A DNA stretch of 64,000 nucleotides from Candidatus Omnitrophota bacterium (GTDB lineage Bacteria > Omnitrophota > Gorgyraeia > Gygaellales > Profunditerraquicolaceae), in NCBI GenBank assembly GCA_028717245.1, contig JAQUOD010000002.1, forward strand, positions 204,772 to 268,771. Reading direction: 5' to 3'. Position numbers and translations under genes: made by a program. Shown piece by piece: positions 27,411-35,997 of the stretch. The notes under the pieces were generated by a model. It searched no databases. It saw only the letters and a program-made list of their open reading frames with translations, and was not told the origin of the DNA. Every line of letters starts with the position of its first letter. Position 1 is the stretch's first letter.

Positions 27411-28080
27411 CACCAGGTGCAAATCTAATCGGGCACCTGGTGCGGAATCAATCTTGTACCTGTCCCTCCCGGATTAAAGAAGAAATAATTGATTGAGAAT
27501 CCCGTCATCCTTACCTAATACCCGTGCATTATAGCTATTCCACGGATATTCCGAAAGTTGTTTTACCAAACCCGCTTTTAATGGATTTAATTCTATATAG
27601 TTTATACATTCGATTAAATAGTTATCTTTAGTGATAATCATACTTTTGAATCTACCTTGCCAGAGATGGCCGACTTCCTCATATTTATTATTAAAATAGA
27701 GGGTGTAGGCCCTATTTAAATCGTGCATAAAACTAGATAGCAATAAATGGTCATCCATTTCGCCGAGTAGATGTACGTGGTTAGGCATGAGACAATAAGC
27801 ATATGCCCGGAAATTATGTTTTCGCTTGAATTTCTTTAAAAGTGAAAGATAAAAAAGATGATCCTCCCGGCATTTAAAGACTTCCCGTTTTTGGTTGCCC
27901 CTTGTTATTAAGTGATAGCAGGCATTTTTTATCAAAAGCCTCTTTACGTTACTCATTCCAATCACCTCCTTCTATTATAATAGACGCAGAGATACCGGTT
28001 TTCTAACAGAAAAATTATAAAAGGGACAGGTACAATCTTAAATTCGCACCAGGTGCCCGATTGAAATCGCACCAGGTGCG
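27409..28080 (-). mobile_element. RAYT-REP unit 1: RAYT gene bracketed by inverted REP family A copies (A3 27409-27466, A4 28021-28080)
   Basis: The reverse complement of A4 aligns with A3 (TCGGGCACCTGGTGCG.AAT..A..TTGTACCTGTCCCT). The RAYT sits between them. Confidence 0.8.
27474..27956 (-). CDS. REP-associated tyrosine transposase (RAYT; IS200/IS605-like Y1 HUH transposase fold)
   Basis: CYHLITRGNQ ... CLMPNHVHLL (HUH) ... GHLWQGRFKS ... YIELNPLKAG (catalytic Tyr + NP). ATG at 27956 with RBS GGAGGTGAT is preferred over the GTG at 27965. Confidence 0.85.
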   Translation of the reverse strand: MSNVKRLLIKNACYHLITRGNQKREVFKCREDHLFYLSLLKKFKRKHNFRAYAYCLMPNHVHLLGEMDDHLLLSSFMHDLNRAYTLYFNNKYEEVGHLWQGRFKSMIITKDNYLIECINYIELNPLKAGLVKQLSEYPWNSYNARVLGKDDGILNQLFLL

Positions 28081-28093
28081 ATAATTCTTTCCT

Positions 28094-28122
28094 TGACTTA
28101 TATTCCGGTTAGTAGTATAAAT
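28094..28122 (+). promoter_or_regulatory. candidate promoter TTGACT-17-TATAAA for the ROK regulator
   Basis: Hexamers and spacing were read directly. Confidence 0.35.
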
Positions 28123-28181
28123 AAAGTTTAAGCAAGCATTAAATAAGATAAAAATCCCCGCAGCAATACCAAAAAGATTAG

Positions 28182-29417
28182 ATGTATCCCATCGATTTGC
28201 AAAAAAATAATCTTACCGAAAAAGAAAAACGCAGTATTGATATCCTGGAGGCCTTAAGGAGGCGCGGCCCCTTAAGCCGGCCGGATATCTCCAAGGAATT
28301 AGGTATCAACGTAGTCACTATCTCCAATTATGTAGACGAATTTATCAGGCGCAAGCTGGTCTTTGAAAAAGAGCTGGATATCTCAGAAGGCGGCCGGCCC
28401 CCGGCCCTTTTGGCCTTGAATGCCGAAGGCGGGTATATAATAGGAGTAGGTCTGAACCTGGTGAATATGGTCGGTATTTTAATGGATTTACAGGGCAATA
28501 TTATTACCAAGACCCAGATTGTCAGGCCTGAGCCTTCGGTTAAAGAAGTCACCGAATGTTTATTGGAGATTATCCGTGAAATCCTGCGGCGTTCCAAGGA
28601 ATATACCTCTAATATCAAAGGCATAGGCATAGGCCTTGCGGGCCTGGTAAACAAACAAAACGGCTCTATCCATTGGCCGCAAAAAACCGGCCATCATTAT
28701 ACTTATGCGTCGGTGGACGTGCCTATCCTGGACCTGATCCAGAAAGAATTCAGCCTGCCTGTGTTAGTGGAGAACGACGCCACCTGCGCCTGTTTTGGCG
28801 AATATTGGCTGAATTTAAAAGGCGTATATAAAAATGTTATCTATATGTTTTCCGGAGTAGGCTGCGGGATCATCATTAACGGAGAAATCTATAGCGGCGC
28901 CAAGGGTTATGCCGGGGAGGTCTCTATTTATAATTATAAAGAAGAGGACCTCTTTGAGTGTGCTGAGGCGCGCGGTTGTTTTATGAAGCGTTGGGAGATG
29001 GACCTGGGGATCATAGAAGATGTTAAGCTGTTGTTGGCCAAAGAGCACAAATTAGCTAAAGAATTCTTTGAGCTGACCTCCAGCAATATGAATAACGTGG
29101 ATTTAAAAAGCGTATTTATCGCTAACCGCAGTAATGACGCCATTGCCCGCGCTGCCTTAGACAGGGCAGCCAGGAGGCTGGGGATAAAAGTTGCCTATCT
29201 GGTAAATTTATTAAATCCGGAAGTGGTCATGATCGGCGGCGGGTTAGAGGACGCGGGCGAGGAATTTCTCGCCAAGGTCAACCTGACCATAAAGGAGTGG
29301 GCCTTTCGGGAGGCGACCGAAGACCTGAAAGTTATTTATTCCCAGTTAAGGGAGAACGCAGTGGCTACAGGCGCAGGCAGCCTCCTGACCCAGAAGGTCT
29401 TCGCCGGGATATTGTAA
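28182..29417 (+). CDS. ROK-family transcriptional regulator (N-terminal winged HTH + sugar-kinase-like domain; NagC/XylR type)
   Basis: HTH region ILEALRRRGPLSRPDISKELGI; ROK glycine-rich motifs GIGIGLAGLV and GCGIIINGE. Confidence 0.7.
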   Translation: MYPIDLQKNNLTEKEKRSIDILEALRRRGPLSRPDISKELGINVVTISNYVDEFIRRKLVFEKELDISEGGRPPALLALNAEGGYIIGVGLNLVNMVGILMDLQGNIITKTQIVRPEPSVKEVTECLLEIIREILRRSKEYTSNIKGIGIGLAGLVNKQNGSIHWPQKTGHHYTYASVDVPILDLIQKEFSLPVLVENDATCACFGEYWLNLKGVYKNVIYMFSGVGCGIIINGEIYSGAKGYAGEVSIYNYKEEDLFECAEARGCFMKRWEMDLGIIEDVKLLLAKEHKLAKEFFELTSSNMNNVDLKSVFIANRSNDAIARAALDRAARRLGIKVAYLVNLLNPEVVMIGGGLEDAGEEFLAKVNLTIKEWAFREATEDLKVIYSQLRENAVATGAGSLLTQKVFAGIL

Positions 29418-30530
29418 ATGAAGATAAAAACTATCCTCATTATTTTAATCGGTTCATTGATTATCAGCCTCTTGATTAACCTGCAGGCTTATATGGCTAA
29501 AAAATCCACAGAGATAGAAATAAACGCCTTAAGAAACGAAAACGGAGTATTGTCCGCAAAGATTGACGAAGCGGCCAGGAATCATAAGCAACTCGGGGAT
29601 AAAATTAGTGCCTTGAGTAACGATTTGGCGCAGGTTTCTCAGGAGAGGGAAAGCCTGAAGAAAGAAAAGGCGGATATTCAGGAACTATATGAAGCAGTTG
29701 CTAAAGAAAAAGAAGCGCTGATAGAAAAAATAAAAACCCAGGAGGCCCTTAAAGAAGAGCAAAAGAAGCCATTGTCCTTAAGTGATAAAGATAGTTACTG
29801 GGCTGGCATTCTTAAGGCCAAGGCGGATTTAGAAACGCAATTAGAAAAAACATATAGCCAGTTACAAACTGCCCAGGGCGAGAATGAGCGGTTGCGTCAG
29901 GAGAAAAAGAACTTAGAGTTGGAACTGGCCAGCCAGAAGGATATAGTTGATTCCATGGCCTTAGAGCTTGTCCAAAAGAATAAGGATAGTTTTCAACTTG
30001 AGGAGGCCTTAAAACCGTTAAGAGACAAAAATGAAATCTTGAAATTACAGTTAAGGGCGCTGAATAAAGAACGGAATAAATTAGAGGGGCAGCTTCAAGA
30101 GCTGCGGGCAGAAAAGGCTACTATGGACAGACATCCAGAGCCCACCCGTATTGAAAGCCGTGCGGGCAGTACGCCGCCGCCCGCGACAAAAGAATCTGTA
30201 GAATTACCGCCTATTATTGTTCGTCTACAGTCAAGCGGCGTATCCGCATCTGCCGCTAGCCCCGATACGCAGATACCTGTGGCGCGCAGCAGGGATAAAG
30301 GTAAGGAAGCATATTCAGGGGGGTCGATCCTGACGGTAAACAGAGAGAATAATTTTGTGGTAGTTAATCTCGGCCGCAGCGCCGGCATAGAGGTAGGTAA
30401 CACCATGCAGGTGTATAGGGGGGCAAGCCCTATTGCTACTATTGAAGTCATCCAGGTGCGCGAAAGCATCTCAGCCTGTAATATAAAAGAGGAAGTTTCG
30501 AATCCCCAAGTGGGCGATACAGTCAGGTAA
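29418..30530 (+). CDS. membrane-anchored coiled-coil protein with C-terminal beta-rich domain (hypothetical)
   Basis: N-terminal TM, about 200 aa of heptad-rich sequence, and C-terminal SILTVNRENNFVVVNLGRSAGIEVGNTMQVYRG. Confidence 0.45.
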   Translation: MKIKTILIILIGSLIISLLINLQAYMAKKSTEIEINALRNENGVLSAKIDEAARNHKQLGDKISALSNDLAQVSQERESLKKEKADIQELYEAVAKEKEALIEKIKTQEALKEEQKKPLSLSDKDSYWAGILKAKADLETQLEKTYSQLQTAQGENERLRQEKKNLELELASQKDIVDSMALELVQKNKDSFQLEEALKPLRDKNEILKLQLRALNKERNKLEGQLQELRAEKATMDRHPEPTRIESRAGSTPPPATKESVELPPIIVRLQSSGVSASAASPDTQIPVARSRDKGKEAYSGGSILTVNRENNFVVVNLGRSAGIEVGNTMQVYRGASPIATIEVIQVRESISACNIKEEVSNPQVGDTVR

Positions 30531-30532
30531 AT

Positions 30533-31561
30533 ATGCGGATTAAAAAAGGCCCTTCTAAAACCGTTTCCATAAAAGACGTAGCGCGTATGGCCGGGGTATC
30601 TATTACTACCGTCTCGCGCGTCATCAATAAATTCCCTTCGGTTAAAGAAAGTAACCGCATCAGCGTGCTGGAGGCAGTCAAACAGCTTAATTTCCAGCCT
30701 TCTGTTTTTGCGCAACGCCTCGCCACCGGTAAGAGCAATGTGGTGGCCTTGGTCATACCGCGTTATGAGGGGATATTTTATTCCTATTATGCCTTGGAGT
30801 TGATACGCGGTATCGGCACGCTTTGCGAGGCATTGAAGTTGGATTTATTGCTGCACCTGACCGACGCGCATACCCCGCTGAATTTAAAGGGCGTAGGCGG
30901 GATAATCTTTGCCGATATCATCGGTAATAAAAAACAATTTGAAGATACCTTTAATTCCGGGGCACCTTGTATAGTAATCAATAATTATGTGGAAGGACTA
31001 GAGGTCGATTGTATTGCTATAGATAATATAGGAGGCGCCCGGGAAGCGGTGGATTATTTAGTTGGCCTGGGCCATAGAAAAATAGCGCATATTACCGGTG
31101 ACTTAATCACTCAGGCAGCCGCCTGGCGTTTTGAAGGATACAAGCAGGCCTTGGAAAAAAATAAAATTGTATTCCGGCCGGACTATGTATTTAAGACGGA
31201 TTATTCGCGCGGGCAGGCCAGGCTTGCGGCAGAAAAATTAATCAAGATGGATGAGCCTCCTACTGCGGTATTCATCGCCTCTGATTCCATGGCTCTTGAA
31301 GTGATGGCAGTAGCTGCGGAATTAGGCCGTAAGATTCCGCGTGATTTATCCATTGTAGGTTTTGACGATAATCCTTCGGGGCTTTATGGGCCGGTAGCTT
31401 TAACCACGGTGAAACAGCCCCTGATTAAAATGGCAGAGGAGAGTGTCAAGGAATTGAACCTTTTGCTCTCCCGTAAAGATAAGCCCCATAAGGCAAAAAA
31501 AGTTCTTCTGCCGGCAGAGTTGGTAATCAGAGAATCTTGCCAGGCCCCGGTTTCTGCTTAG
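30533..31561 (+). CDS. LacI-family transcriptional regulator
   Basis: HTH VSIKDVARMAGVSITTVSRVIN followed by a periplasmic-binding-protein-like sugar-binding domain. Confidence 0.8.
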   Translation: MRIKKGPSKTVSIKDVARMAGVSITTVSRVINKFPSVKESNRISVLEAVKQLNFQPSVFAQRLATGKSNVVALVIPRYEGIFYSYYALELIRGIGTLCEALKLDLLLHLTDAHTPLNLKGVGGIIFADIIGNKKQFEDTFNSGAPCIVINNYVEGLEVDCIAIDNIGGAREAVDYLVGLGHRKIAHITGDLITQAAAWRFEGYKQALEKNKIVFRPDYVFKTDYSRGQARLAAEKLIKMDEPPTAVFIASDSMALEVMAVAAELGRKIPRDLSIVGFDDNPSGLYGPVALTTVKQPLIKMAEESVKELNLLLSRKDKPHKAKKVLLPAELVIRESCQAPVSA

Positions 31562-31589
31562 AGTTTTTTTAAAGGCCCCGTCGCGTTTA

Positions 31590-31636
31590 ATACAAAATGT
31601 TGTATGCCAGTAGCAAACTAATACTATATATTGTAT
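31590..31636 (+). promoter_or_regulatory. pair of NrdR-box-like 16-bp sites (ATACAAAATGTTGTAT and ATACTATATATTGTAT) spaced 31 bp centre to centre
   Basis: They match the NrdR consensus acaCwAtATaTwGtgt at 12/16 and 14/16 positions. They lie directly upstream of a TTGACA-17-TATATT promoter (31644-31672) driving nrdJ. Confidence 0.5.
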
Positions 31637-31643
31637 TTTTTTC

Positions 31644-31672
31644 TTGACAGGCAAATACAAGAGTGTTATATT
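31644..31672 (+). promoter_or_regulatory. sigma70-like promoter TTGACA-17-TATATT for nrdJ
   Basis: Exact -35 hexamer and 17-nt spacer. Confidence 0.5.
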
Positions 31673-31717
31673 TTCTTACAGGGTTTTTATTTTTTTAGTC
31701 TTAATATTTGATGTAAT

Positions 31718-34030
31718 ATGGAGGATAAAATGACGCTGCCACTTTCGGAGAATGCCTTAAAGGTATTGGAGAAAAGATACCTTAGTAAAGACGAAGCGGG
31801 AAAGGCCATTGAGACGCCGCAAGGGATGTTTCGCCGCGTCGCCAAGGCCATTGCCGCGGCAGATAAATCTTACGGCAAAAAAGAAGAAGAGGTAGAGGCC
31901 CTTGAGGAATCTTTTTACCGTATTATGGCAGCACTGGAATTTATCCCCAATTCACCTTGTTTAATGAATGCGGGAAAGGAATTAGGGCAATTAAGCGCTT
32001 GCTTTGTTTTGCCTATTGAAGACTCAATGGATTCTATTTTTGAAAGCCTTAAGGCGACGGCCATGATACACAAGTCAGGAGGCGGGACAGGGTTTTCTTT
32101 TTCGCGGCTGCGCCCGAAAAATTCGGTAGTAAGGACAACAGGGGGGATTGCATCCGGGCCAGTTTCCTTTATGAAGGTTTATGACGCGGCAACTGAAGCA
32201 GTGAAACAAGGGGGTAGCCGTCGCGGAGCGAATATGGGAATCCTGAGGGTGGACCATCCAGATATCCTGGAATTCATTACCTGCAAGGAAAACGATAAAC
32301 ACATAAATAACTTCAATATCTCGGTCAATATCACCGAAGATTTTATGAAGAAATTGGAAAAGGGCGAAGATTATGACCTGGTTGATCCTCGCACGCAAGA
32401 AGTAGTAAAGCGCATTAATACCAAAGATGTATTTGAGCTGATCGTCAAGCAGGCGCATAAGAACGGAGAACCGGGGGTTGTTTTTATCGACCGGATGAAT
32501 GATTTTAATCCCACGCCAAAATTAGGAAGGTTTGAGTCGACCAATCCCTGCGGTGAACAGAATTTACTTCCTTATGAAAGCTGCGATTTGGGTTCCATAA
32601 ATTTATCCGTCATGCATAAAAAGGTGGAAGGCCGTTTTGAAATTGATTGGGAGAGGTTAAAGTCAGTCACACATCTATCAGTACATTTCCTGGACAACCT
32701 CATTGATGTAAATAAGTTCCCCCTTCAGCAGATTGAAAAGGCCACAAGGCTTACGCGTAAAATAGGCCTTGGGGTTATGGGCTGGGCAAGCCTGTTGATA
32801 CGTTTAAATATCCCTTATAACAGCGACGAGGCAGTTGCCCTAGGCGAAAAGGTCATGTCATTTATTTTAAACGAGGCAACCAAGAAGTCGCTGGAATTAG
32901 GTAAGAGTAAAGGACTTTTTCCTGCCTTTAAGGGGAGTATTTACGATAAAAAAGAAGGCGTGTTGAGGGTGCGTAACGCCACCCTCACCACTATTGCTCC
33001 CACAGGTACAATAAGCATAATCGCCGGGCCCTGTTCGTCTGGCATCGAGCCGCTCTTTGCCATATCTTATTACCGTAACGTAATGGATAATGATAAATTA
33101 GTTGAGGTTGACCCCTTATTTGAAGAGATTGCCAAAACACGGGGTTTTTACAGCCGCGAACTGATGGAGAAGATTGCCGAGAAATCCTCCCTCCAGGGTA
33201 TTGAAGGGATTCCCGAAGACGTAAAGAGGATTTTTGTCACGGCGCATGACATCTCTCCTGAATGGCATGTACGCATGCAGGCGGCATTTCAGAAATACGT
33301 GCATAATGCCACCTCCAAGACCATAAACTTTCCTCACGAAGCAAAGGCAGAAGAAGTAAAAAAGGCATATCTTTTAGCTTATGAGTTGGGCTGCAAAGGC
33401 ATAACCATTTACAGGGACAAGAGCCGCGAGGAACAGGTCTTGAATGTCGGCCAAGCGACAGAAAAGCCGCAACAGCAATTGAAAGAGCTCAAAAAAGAGA
33501 TTGCCCCCCGGCCGCGCCCGGAAGTGATCATGGGCACGACTACCAAAGTGGCTACGGGCTGCGGTAACCTCTATGTGACCATAAACAGCGACGAGACTGG
33601 TGCGCCTTTTGAACTTTTTACGCAGATGGGTAAGGCCGGCGGTTGCGCCGCCAGCCAGCTTGAGGCTATCGGCCGTTTAGTTTCCCTGGGTTTTCGTTCC
33701 GGCATTGAAGTAAAAGCTATTATCGAGCAGTTACGTAATATCCGTTGTCCCTCGCCTTCCTGGGAAAAGGGGCAGCGTATATTTTCCTGCGCGGACGCTA
33801 TCGCCCGCGTAGTGGAGAAGAGGCTATTGAACGGCGTGGCGGATATTCCTGTTCCTTTAGAAGAGGCCGCGAATATCGCTATGAAACATTCCCACCATGA
33901 TGAGATTACGGCCTCCGATGATTTCAGCCTGCACGGAGATATCGTTGGCGTCTGCCCTGATTGCGGAGGCGCGCTGCGTCATGAAGAGGGCTGTGTTAAA
34001 TGCCATGCCTGCGGATTTTCGAAGTGTTGA
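31718..34030 (+). CDS. nrdJ: ribonucleoside-diphosphate/triphosphate reductase, class II (adenosylcobalamin-dependent), with C-terminal Cys4 zinc ribbon
   Basis: NPCGEQ active-site thiol motif, ESCDLGSINL, and C-terminal CPDCGG...CVKCHACG. Confidence 0.8.
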   Translation: MEDKMTLPLSENALKVLEKRYLSKDEAGKAIETPQGMFRRVAKAIAAADKSYGKKEEEVEALEESFYRIMAALEFIPNSPCLMNAGKELGQLSACFVLPIEDSMDSIFESLKATAMIHKSGGGTGFSFSRLRPKNSVVRTTGGIASGPVSFMKVYDAATEAVKQGGSRRGANMGILRVDHPDILEFITCKENDKHINNFNISVNITEDFMKKLEKGEDYDLVDPRTQEVVKRINTKDVFELIVKQAHKNGEPGVVFIDRMNDFNPTPKLGRFESTNPCGEQNLLPYESCDLGSINLSVMHKKVEGRFEIDWERLKSVTHLSVHFLDNLIDVNKFPLQQIEKATRLTRKIGLGVMGWASLLIRLNIPYNSDEAVALGEKVMSFILNEATKKSLELGKSKGLFPAFKGSIYDKKEGVLRVRNATLTTIAPTGTISIIAGPCSSGIEPLFAISYYRNVMDNDKLVEVDPLFEEIAKTRGFYSRELMEKIAEKSSLQGIEGIPEDVKRIFVTAHDISPEWHVRMQAAFQKYVHNATSKTINFPHEAKAEEVKKAYLLAYELGCKGITIYRDKSREEQVLNVGQATEKPQQQLKELKKEIAPRPRPEVIMGTTTKVATGCGNLYVTINSDETGAPFELFTQMGKAGGCAASQLEAIGRLVSLGFRSGIEVKAIIEQLRNIRCPSPSWEKGQRIFSCADAIARVVEKRLLNGVADIPVPLEEAANIAMKHSHHDEITASDDFSLHGDIVGVCPDCGGALRHEEGCVKCHACGFSKC

Positions 34031-34083
34031 TATAAAGCCGTAAGTCCTAAGCTGTAAGCTTAAAGCTTTTTAAGTTTACGAAT

Positions 34084-35367
34084 ATGAAGAAAATATTATA
34101 TATTGTTCTCGACGGCCTCGGCGATCTCCCGATTAAGGAGTTGGACAACAAGACCCCGCTTGAGGCGGCCTTAACGCCTAACCTTGACCGACTCACTCAA
34201 AAAGGCAGGACTGGGATTGTCTATCCGGTCGCCAAAGGCATTGCCCCGGAATCGGATATCGCGGTAATCAGCCTTTTGGGCTATGATGCCCGTAAATATT
34301 ATACAGGCAGGGGCCCCTTGGAGGCCTTTGCCGAGGGTTTAAGCATACAGGATGGCAATCTGGCGCTAAGGGTAAATTTCGCTACTGCCGCAGAAGACGG
34401 TAAAACCATCAAGGACCGACGGGTAGGGAGGAATTTGACTACAGAGGAGGCTACCAGTTTAGCTAAAGAGATAAATTCTAAAGTTACTCTATCCAGCGCT
34501 ACCTTTGAATTCAAGAATACCATCGGCCACCGGGGGATTTTAGTCATCAGGGGCGTTCGTTCTAAATTATCCGGATGGATTACCAATACTGACCCGGCAT
34601 ATGAGCGCGAGGGGGTATTCGGCATAGCCAAAGAAAAATTTGAAAATCTTGTCGCAGAGTCTCTTCCTATGCCGGGCTATGAAAATGTAAGCGAGGCAAA
34701 GGAAGCAGCCGCGTTGTTAAATGAATTTACGCAGAAATCTCACCCGGTGCTTAACGAATCGGGAGTGAATAAAAAAAGGATCTCCGAGAATAAACTCCCG
34801 GCCAATATCATATTATCCCGTGATGCCGGCGACCACCTTCCGCAATTCCCCAAGATAGAAGGCCTTTATAATATAAAATTCGGCTCTTTTGTGCAGATGC
34901 CGGTAGAAAAAGGCATTGCCCTTTTAACCGGAATAGAGGTGATAGATGTGCCTTCATCTAGCGGACACTTGGATGTGGATTATCCGGTCTGGGCTAAAGT
35001 AGCGCTGGATTCCATCAAAAAATATGGAGGTATCTACGTCCACATCAAGGGCCCTGATGAGCCGGCACACGACGGAGATTTTCAGAAAAAGAAAGAAATC
35101 ATCGAGGCAATCGATAAATTTTTCTTCGCTAATTTATTACCCAAGTTAGATATGGCCAACACGATTATCGCCGTTACCGCCGACCATTCTACTGTTTGTG
35201 CTATCAAGGCCCATTCCAGCGACCCTGTGCCGCTACTAATTTGCGGGGGCAATATCCCTGCCGATGGCAGCTTGAGTTTCTCGGAGAAGACAGCCCGGCT
35301 TGGTTCCATAGGGGAACTACGCGGCCAGGAAATTATACCCCTCCTTGTAAAATTCGCTCAAACTTAA
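34084..35367 (+). CDS. apgM: cofactor-independent phosphoglycerate mutase, archaeal type
   Basis: N-terminal VLDGLGD metal-binding motif and the overall aPGAM layout. Confidence 0.7.
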   Translation: MKKILYIVLDGLGDLPIKELDNKTPLEAALTPNLDRLTQKGRTGIVYPVAKGIAPESDIAVISLLGYDARKYYTGRGPLEAFAEGLSIQDGNLALRVNFATAAEDGKTIKDRRVGRNLTTEEATSLAKEINSKVTLSSATFEFKNTIGHRGILVIRGVRSKLSGWITNTDPAYEREGVFGIAKEKFENLVAESLPMPGYENVSEAKEAAALLNEFTQKSHPVLNESGVNKKRISENKLPANIILSRDAGDHLPQFPKIEGLYNIKFGSFVQMPVEKGIALLTGIEVIDVPSSSGHLDVDYPVWAKVALDSIKKYGGIYVHIKGPDEPAHDGDFQKKKEIIEAIDKFFFANLLPKLDMANTIIAVTADHSTVCAIKAHSSDPVPLLICGGNIPADGSLSFSEKTARLGSIGELRGQEIIPLLVKFAQT

Positions 35368-35369
35368 TC

Positions 35370-35989
35370 AGGGACGGTTCTCAAACTAACCTAAAAGTGT
35401 CCCCCTCCCGCAGAGATATTGTCTAGAGAAGAGGAATATCGTCTAAAAACAGACTATTTTTTAGCCTAAAAACATAGCTGCTCCAGCGATATCCGTTTAT
35501 GTTTGCAGTTATAGACGCCCTCAAAGGATTAGTTTCTATATAGTTTATACATGCTAAAAAATAACCATCTTTATGTATAATTTTACTTTTATATCTGTCC
35601 TGCCAGAGATGACCAACTGTTTTATATCTGTAATTGAAATATAAGGTATAGCTCAAATTTAAGCCACGCATAATCTTATTTAATAGGAACGGATTTTCAA
35701 CCTCGATAATAAGATGCACGTGGTTAGGCATTAAACAAAAACAATATAGTTTAAATTTATATCGTCTTTTGTATTTAATTAATATGTTTAAGTATTTTTC
35801 GTAATCTTGAGGGTTCCTAAAAACCGATTGTTTTTGATTACCCCTTGTGATAATATGATAACAGCTATTCTCTATAGTTATTCTTGCTGTTCGTGGCATA
35901 TTTCTCACCTCCCAATATAATAGACGCATAAAGTATAAATTTCTAACATAAAAAGGGGACACTTTTAACCGCAATTGAGAACCGTCCCT
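35370..35989 (-). mobile_element. RAYT-REP unit 2: RAYT gene bracketed by inverted REP family B half-elements (35370-35405 and 35955-35989)
   Basis: The reverse complement of the right arm, AGGGACGGTTCTCAATTGCGGTTAAAAGTGTCCCC, matches the left arm AGGGACGGTTCTCAAACTAACCTAAAAGTGTCCCC. Confidence 0.8.
35423..35899 (-). CDS. REP-associated tyrosine transposase (RAYT), second paralog
   Basis: CYHIITRGNQ ... CLMPNHVHLI ... GHLWQDRYKS ... YIETNPLRA. ATG at 35899 with RBS GGGAGGTGAG. The longer ORF-track start at 35974 would read through the REP arm. Confidence 0.85.
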   Translation of the reverse strand: MPRTARITIENSCYHIITRGNQKQSVFRNPQDYEKYLNILIKYKRRYKFKLYCFCLMPNHVHLIIEVENPFLLNKIMRGLNLSYTLYFNYRYKTVGHLWQDRYKSKIIHKDGYFLACINYIETNPLRASITANINGYRWSSYVFRLKNSLFLDDIPLL

Positions 35990-35997
35990 AATAGAAA

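Noticed and set aside
29297-29479. 60-aa ORF overlapping the ROK gene 3' end and the start of the coiled-coil gene
   Set aside because: Out of frame and fully overlapped by two well-supported genes; Arg/Gly-rich translation typical of a shadow ORF.
35900-35974. Longer N-terminal extension (MRLKVSPFYVRNLYFMRLLYWEVRN) of RAYT-2
   Set aside because: The extension reads through the REP arm, has no counterpart in RAYT-1, and a strong RBS (GGGAGGTGAG) precedes the internal ATG at 35899.
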